From an uncultured bacterium (lineage in GTDB: Bacteria > Chlamydiota > Chlamydiia > Chlamydiales > SM23-39), in NCBI GenBank assembly GCA_963716985.1, contig OY970323.1:832001-896000 (forward strand): a stretch of DNA of 64,000 bases. The letters are read 5' to 3'. Each line of letters opens with the position of its first letter. Position 1 is the stretch's first letter. The notes beneath the pieces were generated by a model. The model was not told the origin of the DNA. It did no database searches and worked only from the letters and a program-made list of their open reading frames with translations. The position numbers and the translations under genes are program-made. Below, piece by piece: positions 29,871-39,882 of this stretch.

Positions 29871-30136
29871 GCAATATCAACCGTTGGATTTGAAGTAGAG
29901 AAAATCCGAGCATACATCAAAGATCAGGAGCGCTTAGACAGTCAAAATGAAGAAGAGGGTTCGTTTTAACATCTAAAATTAAAGCTCGTTAGGCCATCTG
30001 CAGCCCTTGGGGCTGCTCACTACCATATCCAGGCAAGTCCAAGTGGCTTGGTAAAAAAAGTTGTTAGGAGTTCCTTGGCAGCCCATAGGGCTGCTCACAA
30101 CTATCAAGCCCCTCGCTTTGCGAGGGCGTCATGACT
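29871..30136 (+). mobile_element. IS200-like remnant: 3' end of Y1 tnpA plus duplicated right-end hairpins
   Basis: AISTVGFEVEKIRAYIKDQE...* (29871-29969); hairpins gcagccc-ttg-gggctgc, gcagccc-ata-gggctgc, ccctcgc-ttt-gcgaggg followed by gtcatgact. Confidence 0.75.
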
Positions 30137-30990
30137 GTTGATTGATCCTGAGAAGAATCAAGATCTTTTAGATGATTTTCATTTGAAATTGTTGATTTTC
30201 CACTCTCTTTCTCTAATTCCAATCTTGCATTTTTTGCAATAGTTCCACCTGTATTCGCAGCGCTCTTATTCTTCTCAAAGCCTTGTGCATCGCGATTCAC
30301 CGCAATCTCTTTTGTTGCTGCCTCTCCCAACATGGAAAAGATCAGCTCAAGGTCAGTCATGTGGTCGCGTAAATTTTCTTGGCGAAGACCTTTGTATTTC
30401 TTATATTCGGAAGGTGTTATTCCAAATGAAGCCTTAGTAATTTCAGCCGTTAAAATGGCATATTCTCGCTGCAGCTTAATCCCTCTTTTATCCCATTCGT
30501 CGGTTAGCTCTTCTCGAATAGCAATCCCGCGCATTCGCTTTTCAATCCACCCATCGCTGTAACCTTTCGCTTTGTAGATAGCCTTTGTCCGTTTTGTAGC
30601 AAGTTCGGGATCTTCGATTTCTTGAATACGCTCACGCCCTACTTGAGCTAGCCATCTCTTGAATGGTTCCGCTTTAGGAGAAGGAATTGATTGAATAATT
30701 CGAAAAAGAGTTTCTGTATTGGCAGTGTCTGTTTCTCTCATTTTTCCATCTATGGCTAACAATTTCAACTGTACGATTTTTTCGTACAGTTGGGAAAAGC
30801 CTTCATTATCAAGCAGTTGTATCTTTAGATCAGACCAATAACGGCGAGGATTGAGACTTTCTGACAAGACTTCAATAATATCAATAATCGAAAAATACCA
30901 TTCATCATTATGGAAAACACGACGAATTTTTTTGTCTTCAAAAACAACAAGTTTATTTTGTGAATTTCCATCTTTGGAAGAAGTTGGCAT
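30064..30990 (-). CDS. Bro-N domain (phage antirepressor-like) protein
   Basis: EWYFSIIDII, YWSDLK, DGKMRETD, SIPSPKAEPFKRWLA, NLRDHMTDLEL. Confidence 0.9.
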   Translation of the reverse strand: MPTSSKDGNSQNKLVVFEDKKIRRVFHNDEWYFSIIDIIEVLSESLNPRRYWSDLKIQLLDNEGFSQLYEKIVQLKLLAIDGKMRETDTANTETLFRIIQSIPSPKAEPFKRWLAQVGRERIQEIEDPELATKRTKAIYKAKGYSDGWIEKRMRGIAIREELTDEWDKRGIKLQREYAILTAEITKASFGITPSEYKKYKGLRQENLRDHMTDLELIFSMLGEAATKEIAVNRDAQGFEKNKSAANTGGTIAKNARLELEKESGKSTISNENHLKDLDSSQDQSTVMTPSQSEGLDSCEQPYGLPRNS

Positions 30991-31230
30991 ACGACCTCCC
31001 AAGTTAAGTAGAATGTAGATTTTGTCTTTCAATACAATTTTCAACAAGAAATTTTGTATTTGTTGCGTCAAGCATTTTTCTATCAATCTCAATTTCGGAA
31101 ATTCCGAATAATTGACGTTTTGGAGATATCTTCATGGGTAATTTGGCCAAATGGTAGCGGATCTTAAAGAGTCAACTTCAGGATTCGCTCTGTACGATTT
31201 CTGGATTTGGGTAAGATAAAGAAAAGAATT

Positions 31231-31404
31231 TGGGGCAACCAGGACTTGAACCTGGGCCCGACGGGTTATGAGTCCGCAGCACCGCCCCTGCCAAATAGCA
31301 GCTAACTCCCCGAAATCATAGCGGAAAGCCAGCTTTCCGAGCTACTGCGAACTGTCGTGAATTATCGCGCTTTTTTGTATGTCAGTGGTCCACAAATGGT
31401 CCAC
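31231..31404 (-). repeat. att site copy B: tRNA(CAT) 3' half plus arm
   Basis: Same tRNA block (one mismatch) and ~130-bp arm homologous to 48376-48549, with tggtccac-aaa-tggtccac repeats. Confidence 0.88.
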
Positions 31405-32130
31405 GGAATTTGGTTCGGACAGAAGCGACAACGGACCATCGGGATTTACGATAGAAACGAGTTTGGAATAGGGGATCAGCAAAGTCATTGGATAATCGTC
31501 ATATCCGCTTACAACATAATTCTGGAAAATGAGCAGAAGGCCTTTTTCAGTCGGAAGAAAAGCATCCAAATGTTCGGGATTGAATCCAACCCAAGAATAA
31601 TCATCGTAACTGTAATACCCACATCGATTGGATTTGAAGTAGTCTTCGCAATACCGAAAAAGCCATTCGCGAGATCCAGGTAGGAAAAGATCATCCAGGG
31701 ACAGCTCGCGAACCGTTTTATCTTGCTGCCAAAATGTTTTTGTTATGTAGTGCACAGATCCGTGAACGCCGCCGCAATTTTCATATTTGCTGCCATAAAA
31801 ACTCATCAAGAAAGGAGCAGAATAGACGAGATCGACGTCATAGCGGAACGTGAATTCCTCTGCATCTTCCCAAACCTCTTGCTGCGGAGCGCGCATTTCC
31901 TGCACAAAAATATCGTACAAATCAGTCGCCTCTTTTCGCACAGTTTCATTCACATAACGCGCAAGAAGACTGGTTTCGGGCACATGCGGGTACGATATAC
32001 TCGCCTCAACATGTACATTCGTGTCAAAGGCTGTTTCGAAGGAACGCGATTCGCATTCAATTGGAGAAAGGGCGTCTCCAGTTCCGTAAGGAAGAAGAAT
32101 TGTGAGAATCTGTGCAAAGAAAATATACAT
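31342..32130 (-). CDS. DUF3298/DUF4163 (RsiV/PdaC-like) secreted protein
   Basis: Signal peptide, SISYP, GGVHG, LSLDDLF, GLLLIFQNY...IPYSKL. Confidence 0.7.
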   Translation of the reverse strand: MYIFFAQILTILLPYGTGDALSPIECESRSFETAFDTNVHVEASISYPHVPETSLLARYVNETVRKEATDLYDIFVQEMRAPQQEVWEDAEEFTFRYDVDLVYSAPFLMSFYGSKYENCGGVHGSVHYITKTFWQQDKTVRELSLDDLFLPGSREWLFRYCEDYFKSNRCGYYSYDDYSWVGFNPEHLDAFLPTEKGLLLIFQNYVVSGYDDYPMTLLIPYSKLVSIVNPDGPLSLLSEPNSVDHLWTTDIQKSAIIHDSSQ

Positions 32131-32224
32131 ACATAAAAATGTTAAGCAAAGCGGAGAACCCTTTCAAGCAAAAACTTACATTGCCCATTTTCATAGAGGG
32201 AAACGCCTTCTTTTGATATGATGT

Positions 32225-33670
32225 TTGGCCATGTATAGAGCGGCTTACAGTCAAGATGGCAACATTGTTTTTTACATGGACTCTGCAGGCAATAAATATG
32301 CCGCAATCGGTGGCAGTTTAGCTTGGCGTTTGAACAACCCTGGCTTGGTTCATAGCGCTAGCAGATTTTTCTCTAGGCAAGGCTCTATAGGATATTTTGG
32401 TCATTACGCAATTTTTGCTACTCCGGAAAGTGGACGCGAGGCGTTATCCAACTGGTTGCGTGCTAAAAAATATTTCAATGGATCGCTAAAAACCATCGCC
32501 AAACATTACCAGCCGGGTAATATAGATGATTTTGTCAATCGATTATCTGACTTGACTGGTATTTCTGTCCGCACTCAGATCAAGGCGCTGAGCAAGCAAG
32601 AATTTAATCAACTGGTTCTTGGTATCTCGAAGTTATGTGATTATGCTTTGAAAGGTGATGAAAAATTTTACCTTCTGCCAAAAGTTATCGGAAAGATTGA
32701 AAACGGTAACTTGGAGAATACCTATCTGATTGGCGGCAATGTTGCTCTTTCTAAAAAAGAGGCTCTTGAGTGGACTCAGTCCAATCGATTGGATGCTGTG
32801 ATTGTCCATCAACATGATGGTGCTGTTCATTTGCGTTCTAGACCTGATCATTGTATTCAGAATGTGCATCTGCCTACCGCACGATTTTTTGAAGAGAGCG
32901 CAGCTCCTCTTCTGAGGGTCGTTGGCACTCAGAAAAAGGGGCAATGCATCTGGGCTTTCATCAATGGCATTTTCAATACCAAAGAAGATGTCTTGGAGGC
33001 TGCAACGCAGATTTCCTCTATGGCGAGTGGTGAGCGTGTATTGACCATGCAAAATGATACGAGATGGCTTCTCGATCTTGGTAATTGCGTTATTTTAAAA
33101 GCGTCTTTTGATATTCCCGTCATTAATCGTACTGTCAAATTTTTGCAGTATCTACTCGCTTTAGAGGAAGAAGAAAAATCTCCTATTGTCCTATTTGCTC
33201 ATAGTCAAGGGGGCATTATCCTTGAACACGCGCTTGAATTATTGCAACCGAATATTGCAGAACGGTTTCGCATTTTTACATTTGGAGGAGGATCATTCAT
33301 TGCAGTTGGAAAGAGTCACCCTGATTCACATAACTACGCTAGTGCCGCCGATTTTGTATGTCTTATGGGATCACCCAACCTGCAAACGTTTGCTCTCAAA
33401 CGCTATCATGCACGTAAAGTTGGTTTAACCGATGCTCAAATGATCCACGACTGGTCTTTTCGCGATGCAATTTTGGAGTTAGACTCAATTGAAGCCAAGG
33501 TGATAGAAAAATTCATCGAAGGAAGGATTAAACATTATCAAGATCTGCTTTCTCGGATTGCAAATTTAACAATCTTAGACCCTGATCCTGATAGTCGCTG
33601 GAAACATAAATTTATGAGCGATTGTTATCAATCAGCAGTGCAGAGAATCATTAACGTATACCGCAAATGA
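32225..33670 (+). CDS. Multidomain protein: lysozyme-like (WRxNNPG) + DUF3892-like + alpha/beta hydrolase (DUF687-like)
   Basis: GGSLAWRLNNPG, YAIFATPESG; SKKEALEW...DAVIVH...HLRSRPD; FINGIFNT, AHSQGG, TFGGG. Confidence 0.7.
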   Translation: MAMYRAAYSQDGNIVFYMDSAGNKYAAIGGSLAWRLNNPGLVHSASRFFSRQGSIGYFGHYAIFATPESGREALSNWLRAKKYFNGSLKTIAKHYQPGNIDDFVNRLSDLTGISVRTQIKALSKQEFNQLVLGISKLCDYALKGDEKFYLLPKVIGKIENGNLENTYLIGGNVALSKKEALEWTQSNRLDAVIVHQHDGAVHLRSRPDHCIQNVHLPTARFFEESAAPLLRVVGTQKKGQCIWAFINGIFNTKEDVLEAATQISSMASGERVLTMQNDTRWLLDLGNCVILKASFDIPVINRTVKFLQYLLALEEEEKSPIVLFAHSQGGIILEHALELLQPNIAERFRIFTFGGGSFIAVGKSHPDSHNYASAADFVCLMGSPNLQTFALKRYHARKVGLTDAQMIHDWSFRDAILELDSIEAKVIEKFIEGRIKHYQDLLSRIANLTILDPDPDSRWKHKFMSDCYQSAVQRIINVYRK

Positions 33671-33671
33671 A

Positions 33672-34031
33672 ATGGCAAATTATCCTGTAGAGTCAGAACA
33701 AAGATCATCTAAAAAGCGCAAGCTGATTTTTTTCACTATTGTTTATGTTCTTCTCTTTCCGTTTTTATTTTACATGGCGCTGCTTTCTGCAATGGTGTCT
33801 GACAATCCCCATATAACTCCTTTTTTCGTTGGAGTGATTATGTTAATTGTGTTCTGCATTCCTATATCTATTCCTATCAGCATTTATTTCATGTGGTCGC
33901 GTTATTTCCGCGAGCAATATGGCAAAGCTCGCTTGTTTTCTTGGATTCCTTGCTATGTGATTGGAGGTGTTTTTGTTCTTCTTGGCGCTGCACCATACCT
34001 CTATCACGCCATACGTCGCATGTTCGCTTGA
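33672..34031 (+). CDS. Small membrane protein (3 TM), candidate immunity protein
   Basis: Three hydrophobic segments; starts 1 bp after the upstream stop. Confidence 0.65.
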   Translation: MANYPVESEQRSSKKRKLIFFTIVYVLLFPFLFYMALLSAMVSDNPHITPFFVGVIMLIVFCIPISIPISIYFMWSRYFREQYGKARLFSWIPCYVIGGVFVLLGAAPYLYHAIRRMFA

Positions 34032-34041
34032 GGCAAATTAT

Positions 34042-36870
34042 TTAAGAAGGAATACCTTTTGTCGCCTCATGCTTTTGCAAACGGCTTAAGGCACGAAGAA
34101 TCGAATCTAAGACATCATCGAGGTGTTTGCCGACATCTTCGGTGAGGAATCGCAAAACCGTATAGCCATTTTCCTGTAATAAGGCATCTTTGCGCCGATC
34201 TCGTCGATAGGCCTCAGCGTTGCCAAGATGCTGAGAGCCGTCAAGTTCAATGGCAAGATGGGCTTCTACACAGAGCAAATCCACCTCCATTCGGCCCCAC
34301 CCATCGAAAGGGATATCAAGTTCTGCATTCAGTCGAAATTGTCCAGATGTCTGAGCAATTGTCTCAAGGCGGCGGAATAAAAAACGTTCCGTCGCACTGC
34401 GCGCGCGATCAGCTCCTTCTGCTTCAGGCGGAAAAATGGAAGCGACCTGAACGAAGAGATGTGCGAGTGGCATGTCTACGCCATCGCGAATAAGCCTTTT
34501 GACGCTGCCAGCATAGTCAGCCTTCCAGGCGGGATCGACAGGAAGAGGAACTTCGGCGGGCCATCCGGGAATAGCGCTAGCGGGAAGAAGGATCTTATAG
34601 CCCACTGCTTCATACCCCTGGCATCTCCGATTGAACATCCTTTCTAGCATGGGGATGCCAAGATCTGCATAGTCATAGACCTGTGCTTCTTGTTTTTGTG
34701 CATAGAGACGGTGGAGCCTGCCAACATACTGCGCGATGGTTCCTTTCCATGAAATGGGCATGGTAAGGAATAGAGTGTCTAGACGCGCATCGTCAAATCC
34801 CTCACCGACAAATTTGCCCGTTGCAAGAAGAACTCTGGGCTCGTTTGCTGGGATAGCTGCTAAACGGTCGGTCGCTTGAGCGATCTCTTTTGAGTTCATT
34901 TTTCCCCGAAGTACGATCAGATGATGGATATGAGGGGAGAGTCTTTCAAACAAGCAATCAAGATGATCATTTCGTTCCGTGAGTATGATGGGGGATCTGC
35001 CTCTTTGAACGGCGCTCATTACATCGCCGCAAATCAATTGATTGCGCTCCTCATCTCGGATGATTTCTTCATATAAATCATGGAATCGGAGACGTGGTTC
35101 GTCACTGGCAGGCTTGATAGGACAAAAGGAAGTGGGCCGGACAAAGACAGTATGTTCGAAAGGGTGTAAGATGGCAGCAGTTTTGGCGTCCACTCGATAT
35201 CTTATTGGACCGCATCGCATGAGGATGATTGGATGATGCCCATCCTTTCGAGTTACGGTGGCGGTCAAACCTGTAATGAATTTGGCTTTTGAGTGACGAG
35301 CGACTTGCTCGAAACTGAATGCCGGCAAATGGTGGCATTCATCAACGATCAGATGGCCATATTGAGAGACTATATCATCGACAATATTTTTACGCACAAG
35401 ACTTTGAATCACTGCCACATCGATAATACCTGTAGGTTTCTTTCGTCCGCCGCCGATGCGGCCAATGGCATTTTTGGGCAATTCAAGAAACGTAGACAGC
35501 CGCTCGATCCACTGCTCTTGTAATTGCTTTCGGTGTACAAGAATCAAGGTATTTACTTTTCGCTTTGCAATGAGCCATGCTCCGATAACAGTTTTCCCAA
35601 AGGCTGTAGTCGCTGACAACACGCCGAAGTTTGTTTTCAGCATTGTTGCTGCAGCTGTTTTTTGTTCCCCTCGGAGCTCCCCTAGAAATTTTGTATCTAG
35701 AGGCATTCCTGATTGCAGCGCATCCCGAACTATCAATTTGATCTTCAAGTCTGAAAACAAATGATAGACATCCTCGAGGCACCCCCTCGGCAACCCTATG
35801 TGATCCTGATAATCTGCAACGCAGGAAATCATTCTGGGTTTTTCGTGCGTTGGAAGTCTCATAGCCTGGGCCCTATAAAACTCAGGATTGGGAAATGCCG
35901 CCAAGCGGATTAATTGGTTTCTTAAACCTGGAGACAGTCCATTTTTCGGGACGTAAATTTCATTTCCAACAATGATATCCAAGCTTTCTGGCAAATCCAT
36001 AGAAGGAAGAATGATTTTGCTGGGAGTGAATTGTCGATTCCAGGGGGTGGCATCATCTTCTTCGATCACTCTGAGATGCATTCCAACAATTCGCCCTCTT
36101 CCTTCGGCACGATGGACGATTGTCTCAGCCTCTTGACGAGTGATTTTGCTTAAAGATGAAAGAAATACCCATTGGTCCTCATAAGCAATCAAATCTTCAT
36201 TCACAAATATGCTATTGCCGAGGTCTCGAGCTTTTTTTTGCAGGGGCAGAGCAATTAGATTCCCAAATCCTCCTTGTGGCAACGTATCTTGGTTGGGAAA
36301 GAATCTGTCATAGGAATCAAGTCCGACATCCGGTCGATGTTCCATCGTTTCAGTCAGAATATGACATCCCAACTTTCGCGCGAGTATGGCTGGAATTGCT
36401 TCAGAAAAGAATAACCAAGCATGGGCTCCCTTTCCCGAGCGGGAACGCTCTATGCTAGCCGGCAAGTTTAGTCCCTGGCAAGTCTTCAAAAAGGCTCGCG
36501 CATCCTCTTGCCAACCAGACTTATCAAAATCTGCTGCTAGAAAAAAGCAGGTTTCGTTGAGCAGCATCGGATAAACGCCCATGACAAAATCTTTTCCACA
36601 ATCATCGTGTCCGGAAAGATGCCATCGTATTACATCGTCAATCACTGGTAGGAGTTTACGGTGTCTGCATTCAGAGCATTTGATTTTCGACTTTTCGCAG
36701 ATTCCTCGAACCCACTCATTGCCGCATGCGGGCGAGTAGCCCGATTTTCCCGTCTTTTTACTTTCGAATCGACGAGGATAGAGGTCTTCACGACCTCTGA
36801 AGAGAGAGCGAAATAGAGCTATTTTGGCGCAGGAGGGTGATTTTTGGGTGACTTGAAGTTTCTCTTCCAC
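34042..36870 (-). CDS. TOTE-type AEP primase domain + SF2 helicase + DUF559 endonuclease fusion
   Basis: FRGRED, GYSPAC, AADFD, ERSRSGKGAH, GFGNLIALP; TAFGKT, DECHH, QYVGRLHR; IELDGSQH...DRRKD...VLRF. Confidence 0.88.
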   Translation of the reverse strand: MEEKLQVTQKSPSCAKIALFRSLFRGREDLYPRRFESKKTGKSGYSPACGNEWVRGICEKSKIKCSECRHRKLLPVIDDVIRWHLSGHDDCGKDFVMGVYPMLLNETCFFLAADFDKSGWQEDARAFLKTCQGLNLPASIERSRSGKGAHAWLFFSEAIPAILARKLGCHILTETMEHRPDVGLDSYDRFFPNQDTLPQGGFGNLIALPLQKKARDLGNSIFVNEDLIAYEDQWVFLSSLSKITRQEAETIVHRAEGRGRIVGMHLRVIEEDDATPWNRQFTPSKIILPSMDLPESLDIIVGNEIYVPKNGLSPGLRNQLIRLAAFPNPEFYRAQAMRLPTHEKPRMISCVADYQDHIGLPRGCLEDVYHLFSDLKIKLIVRDALQSGMPLDTKFLGELRGEQKTAAATMLKTNFGVLSATTAFGKTVIGAWLIAKRKVNTLILVHRKQLQEQWIERLSTFLELPKNAIGRIGGGRKKPTGIIDVAVIQSLVRKNIVDDIVSQYGHLIVDECHHLPAFSFEQVARHSKAKFITGLTATVTRKDGHHPIILMRCGPIRYRVDAKTAAILHPFEHTVFVRPTSFCPIKPASDEPRLRFHDLYEEIIRDEERNQLICGDVMSAVQRGRSPIILTERNDHLDCLFERLSPHIHHLIVLRGKMNSKEIAQATDRLAAIPANEPRVLLATGKFVGEGFDDARLDTLFLTMPISWKGTIAQYVGRLHRLYAQKQEAQVYDYADLGIPMLERMFNRRCQGYEAVGYKILLPASAIPGWPAEVPLPVDPAWKADYAGSVKRLIRDGVDMPLAHLFVQVASIFPPEAEGADRARSATERFLFRRLETIAQTSGQFRLNAELDIPFDGWGRMEVDLLCVEAHLAIELDGSQHLGNAEAYRRDRRKDALLQENGYTVLRFLTEDVGKHLDDVLDSILRALSRLQKHEATKGIPS

Positions 36871-37147
36871 ATCGAGGCCTGTAAATGCAAAGAAAGTATA
36901 GGTAGGGCTGCTTGTCTTTACAAGTCATTAAATATGATAATATTGCATATTCTTGAGACAGAGGTTCCTCGTTTACCGATCTTGAGAGGTCGCAATTAAC
37001 CTAGAAAAATCGAACTTCTAAGTTTTTCTAGGTTGGTGTGCATTTACAAGTCATTGAAAGTGATAGTCTTGTGTATAGAAATGCGTTTTAGCCGCCACTT
37101 TTTGCATTTTAGGAAAAGAAGTTAGCGAGACTTTTTCTCTTTAACCG

Positions 37148-37203
37148 TTGCTTTTTGGCTAGAGATAGGGTAAAATGAAGGTATATTGAGAGAAAATATC
37201 TCA
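37148..37203 (+). promoter_or_regulatory. Sigma70-type promoter of the rloAB-like operon with downstream dyad
   Basis: TTGCTT-17bp-TAAAAT; TGAGA-N7-TCTCA at 37187-37203 before RBS AAGGAG. Confidence 0.55.
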
Positions 37204-37218
37204 TAAAGGAGTCTCCTC

Positions 37219-38541
37219 ATGCTGATTCGATTTTCAATTGAAAATTGGATGTCTTTCCAAACCAAAGCAACTTTCTCATTGATAGCCAGCCGCGAGCGTC
37301 AACACGGGGAGCGTGTTCCTAAAATAGGCAAACTTAAGCTAGGAATTCTGCCTATTGCGGCTGTGTACGGAGGAAATGCATCTGGAAAAACCAATCTTTT
37401 TAAGGCTTTGCATTTTGCAAAAGGACTGATCGTTAAAGGGACTCAACCCTACAGCCTAATTGCTGTAGATAGCTTTAGGCTTGGAAATGCACAAAAGGTC
37501 GAACAACCAGCCCAATTTGAATTTGAATTGCTAATCGACGAGACAGTTTATGCATTTAGTTTTTCTGTTAACCGCAAAGCCATAATAGAGGAAAAGTTAG
37601 TTCATATTTCTGGTAATAGCGAAAAGACTCTTTATCATCGAGTATCAGGGGAACCTAATTTTGATTCTTCTTTAAAGGGCAACCAATCACTCCAGTTTGC
37701 TTTCAAGGGTACTCGCGATAATCAGCTTTTCTTAACTAATTCAGTTTCTCAAAAAATAGATGCTTTCAAGCCAGTATATGACTGGTTTAAAGATACCTTG
37801 GAACTCATCGCTCCGGATTCGAGATTTGAACTTTTTGAGCAATTTTTGGATGAAGGACATCCCTTGTACGCGACGATGAATAAGATGTTGTCCCAATTAG
37901 ACACCGGGATATCTCATCTTGGTGGTGAAGAAATTCCCTTTGAAAATTTACCGCTGCCCGAACCGATAAAGATGAAGTTAAGAGAAGAATTAGCGGAGGA
38001 TACGACTGTCAGATTATTACCTGAACCTGGGAATGAGCGTTTTGTTGTTACTCGAAAAAATGGCGAGCTAATCTCAAAAAAACTGGTCACCTATCATTTA
38101 AGTTCTGATGGTTCAGAAACAAAGTTCGATATGAGGCAAGAATCAGATGGTTCTCAACGTGTTATCGACCTTCTCCCTGCTTTTTTAGAGCTGTCTGCGG
38201 CTCAATCCCAAAAAGTCTATGTAATCGATGAAGTTGACAGGAGCTTACATACGCTGTTGATCAGGCGTCTTTTGGAAGACTATCTTTCAAAATGTTCTCA
38301 TAATAGTCGCTCTCAGTTACTATTTACTACTCACAACGTATTATTGATGGATCAGGATCTGCTCAGACGAGATGAAATGTGGATTTCAGAAAGAAACGTA
38401 GAAGGAATTTCCAGCTTACTGTCTTTCAGCGAGTACAAAGATGTGCGATATGACAAAGACATTCGAAAAAGCTATCTGCAAGGACGCCTAGGGGGTATTC
38501 CCCGCATTCTTCTACAATCTCCAATTGTTGGAAACGACTAA
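37219..38541 (+). CDS. AAA_21 ABC-type ATPase (RloA/AbiLi-like)
   Basis: [40 protein letters not shown]. Confidence 0.9.
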   Translation: MLIRFSIENWMSFQTKATFSLIASRERQHGERVPKIGKLKLGILPIAAVYGGNASGKTNLFKALHFAKGLIVKGTQPYSLIAVDSFRLGNAQKVEQPAQFEFELLIDETVYAFSFSVNRKAIIEEKLVHISGNSEKTLYHRVSGEPNFDSSLKGNQSLQFAFKGTRDNQLFLTNSVSQKIDAFKPVYDWFKDTLELIAPDSRFELFEQFLDEGHPLYATMNKMLSQLDTGISHLGGEEIPFENLPLPEPIKMKLREELAEDTTVRLLPEPGNERFVVTRKNGELISKKLVTYHLSSDGSETKFDMRQESDGSQRVIDLLPAFLELSAAQSQKVYVIDEVDRSLHTLLIRRLLEDYLSKCSHNSRSQLLFTTHNVLLMDQDLLRRDEMWISERNVEGISSLLSFSEYKDVRYDKDIRKSYLQGRLGGIPRILLQSPIVGND

Positions 38542-39140
38542 TGCCAAAAAAGCCGCGCACTTTTCAAAGACCTTTAGGGAAGCGCCGATATAAAAAGCTG
38601 TTTATTGTCTCGGTGGAGGGTTCGAAAACGGAACCTCAATATTTTGCCATTTTTAATCAGCCACAGGCGATCGTTCTAGTAAAATGCCTAAAGAGACCAT
38701 CAACAGAAAGCTCGCCGATTCAGGTACTCAAGAAGATGGAGAGCTATTTGCGAAAAGAGTCCTTAAGGAAGACGGATGAGGCGTGGATTGTTGTGGATAA
38801 GGATGATTGGACGGAGGATCAGCTTTGTGGGCTTTTGCAATGGGCAAAGAAAAGCGAGAACTACGGTTTTGCTCTCAGCAACCCCAACTTTGAATATTGG
38901 CTTTTGCTCCATTTTGAAGAGGGAAAAGGGATTACAAACTCTCAAGAATGCCTGGCTCGCCTAAAACGGCACTTGCCCAATTACAAAAAAGATATCGATG
39001 GCAAAAAAATTACGTTGGAACTCATTGCCAAAGCAATTTCTAGAGCAAAACAGCGAGATGCCAATCGATCCAATGATTTGCCGCAAATATGGAGCACAAC
39101 CGTCTACAAGCTGGTTGAAAAAATCATAGATCATCAGTGA
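38541..39140 (+). CDS. RloB-like (TOPRIM fold, AbiLii-like) protein
   Basis: VEGSKTEPQYF, WIVVDKD, SNPNFEYWLLLHF, STTVYKLV. Confidence 0.9.
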   Translation: MPKKPRTFQRPLGKRRYKKLFIVSVEGSKTEPQYFAIFNQPQAIVLVKCLKRPSTESSPIQVLKKMESYLRKESLRKTDEAWIVVDKDDWTEDQLCGLLQWAKKSENYGFALSNPNFEYWLLLHFEEGKGITNSQECLARLKRHLPNYKKDIDGKKITLELIAKAISRAKQRDANRSNDLPQIWSTTVYKLVEKIIDHQ

Positions 39141-39152
39141 GAAGGGGAGTCT

Positions 39153-39485
39153 ATGAAAACTAAAGTTAAGGGGGTTGGAACAGGCTTTCGTACAGGAACG
39201 ATTGCTTACTACGGTCCCGATGATAAGACTGTTACAAAAGTTATTGTTGGCATTACCGTGGGTGCCGGAAAAAACTTCATCGATACGAAAAAGTGGTCTT
39301 CTGAAGAGAAGGACATAAAAAACGATAAACAGATTTTAGAGGAGATTTCTGCTTATCTAAACCTTAGCAAAGTCGATTCAGTTGCCAGGTTAAAAAGGGT
39401 CATCGGCTGCCCTCATGAAGCAGGGGTTGACTGTCCGGAAGGCATGACATGTCCAGCATGTCCATTTTGGGTAAACGAGAATTGA
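39153..39485 (+). CDS. Hypothetical protein with C-terminal Cys/His cluster
   Basis: TIAYYGPDD...IGCPHEAGVDCPEG..CPACPFW. Confidence 0.7.
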   Translation: MKTKVKGVGTGFRTGTIAYYGPDDKTVTKVIVGITVGAGKNFIDTKKWSSEEKDIKNDKQILEEISAYLNLSKVDSVARLKRVIGCPHEAGVDCPEGMTCPACPFWVNEN

Positions 39486-39882
39486 CGAGGGGGCATGAAT
39501 CTAAAAAATTTCAAAAAGTATCTCGAAGAGAAAGACGATGAATTTTTGAGAGATGAAATTCTGACCCTTTATAAGACGTTTGAGGTTGTCAGAGAATACT
39601 ATGATTTTAGAATTGAGCCTCAGAGTATCGATGAGATAATTCAAAAATATAAAGCAATATTAGAAGAGCAATTCTGTCCTGCAAGAGGGTTTCCAGAACT
39701 CAAATACTCTATTGCGAGAAAAGCAATCAGCGATTTTAAGAAAGTATGCCGTGACCCCGTTGCTATCATTGATCTTCAACTAACCTATGTCGAATATGGT
39801 GTAAAATGCACTTTGCAATATGGAGATATTGACGAAAGATTTTATTCCAGCATGGAAAGCATGTTTCGTACCAGTCTAGAAG

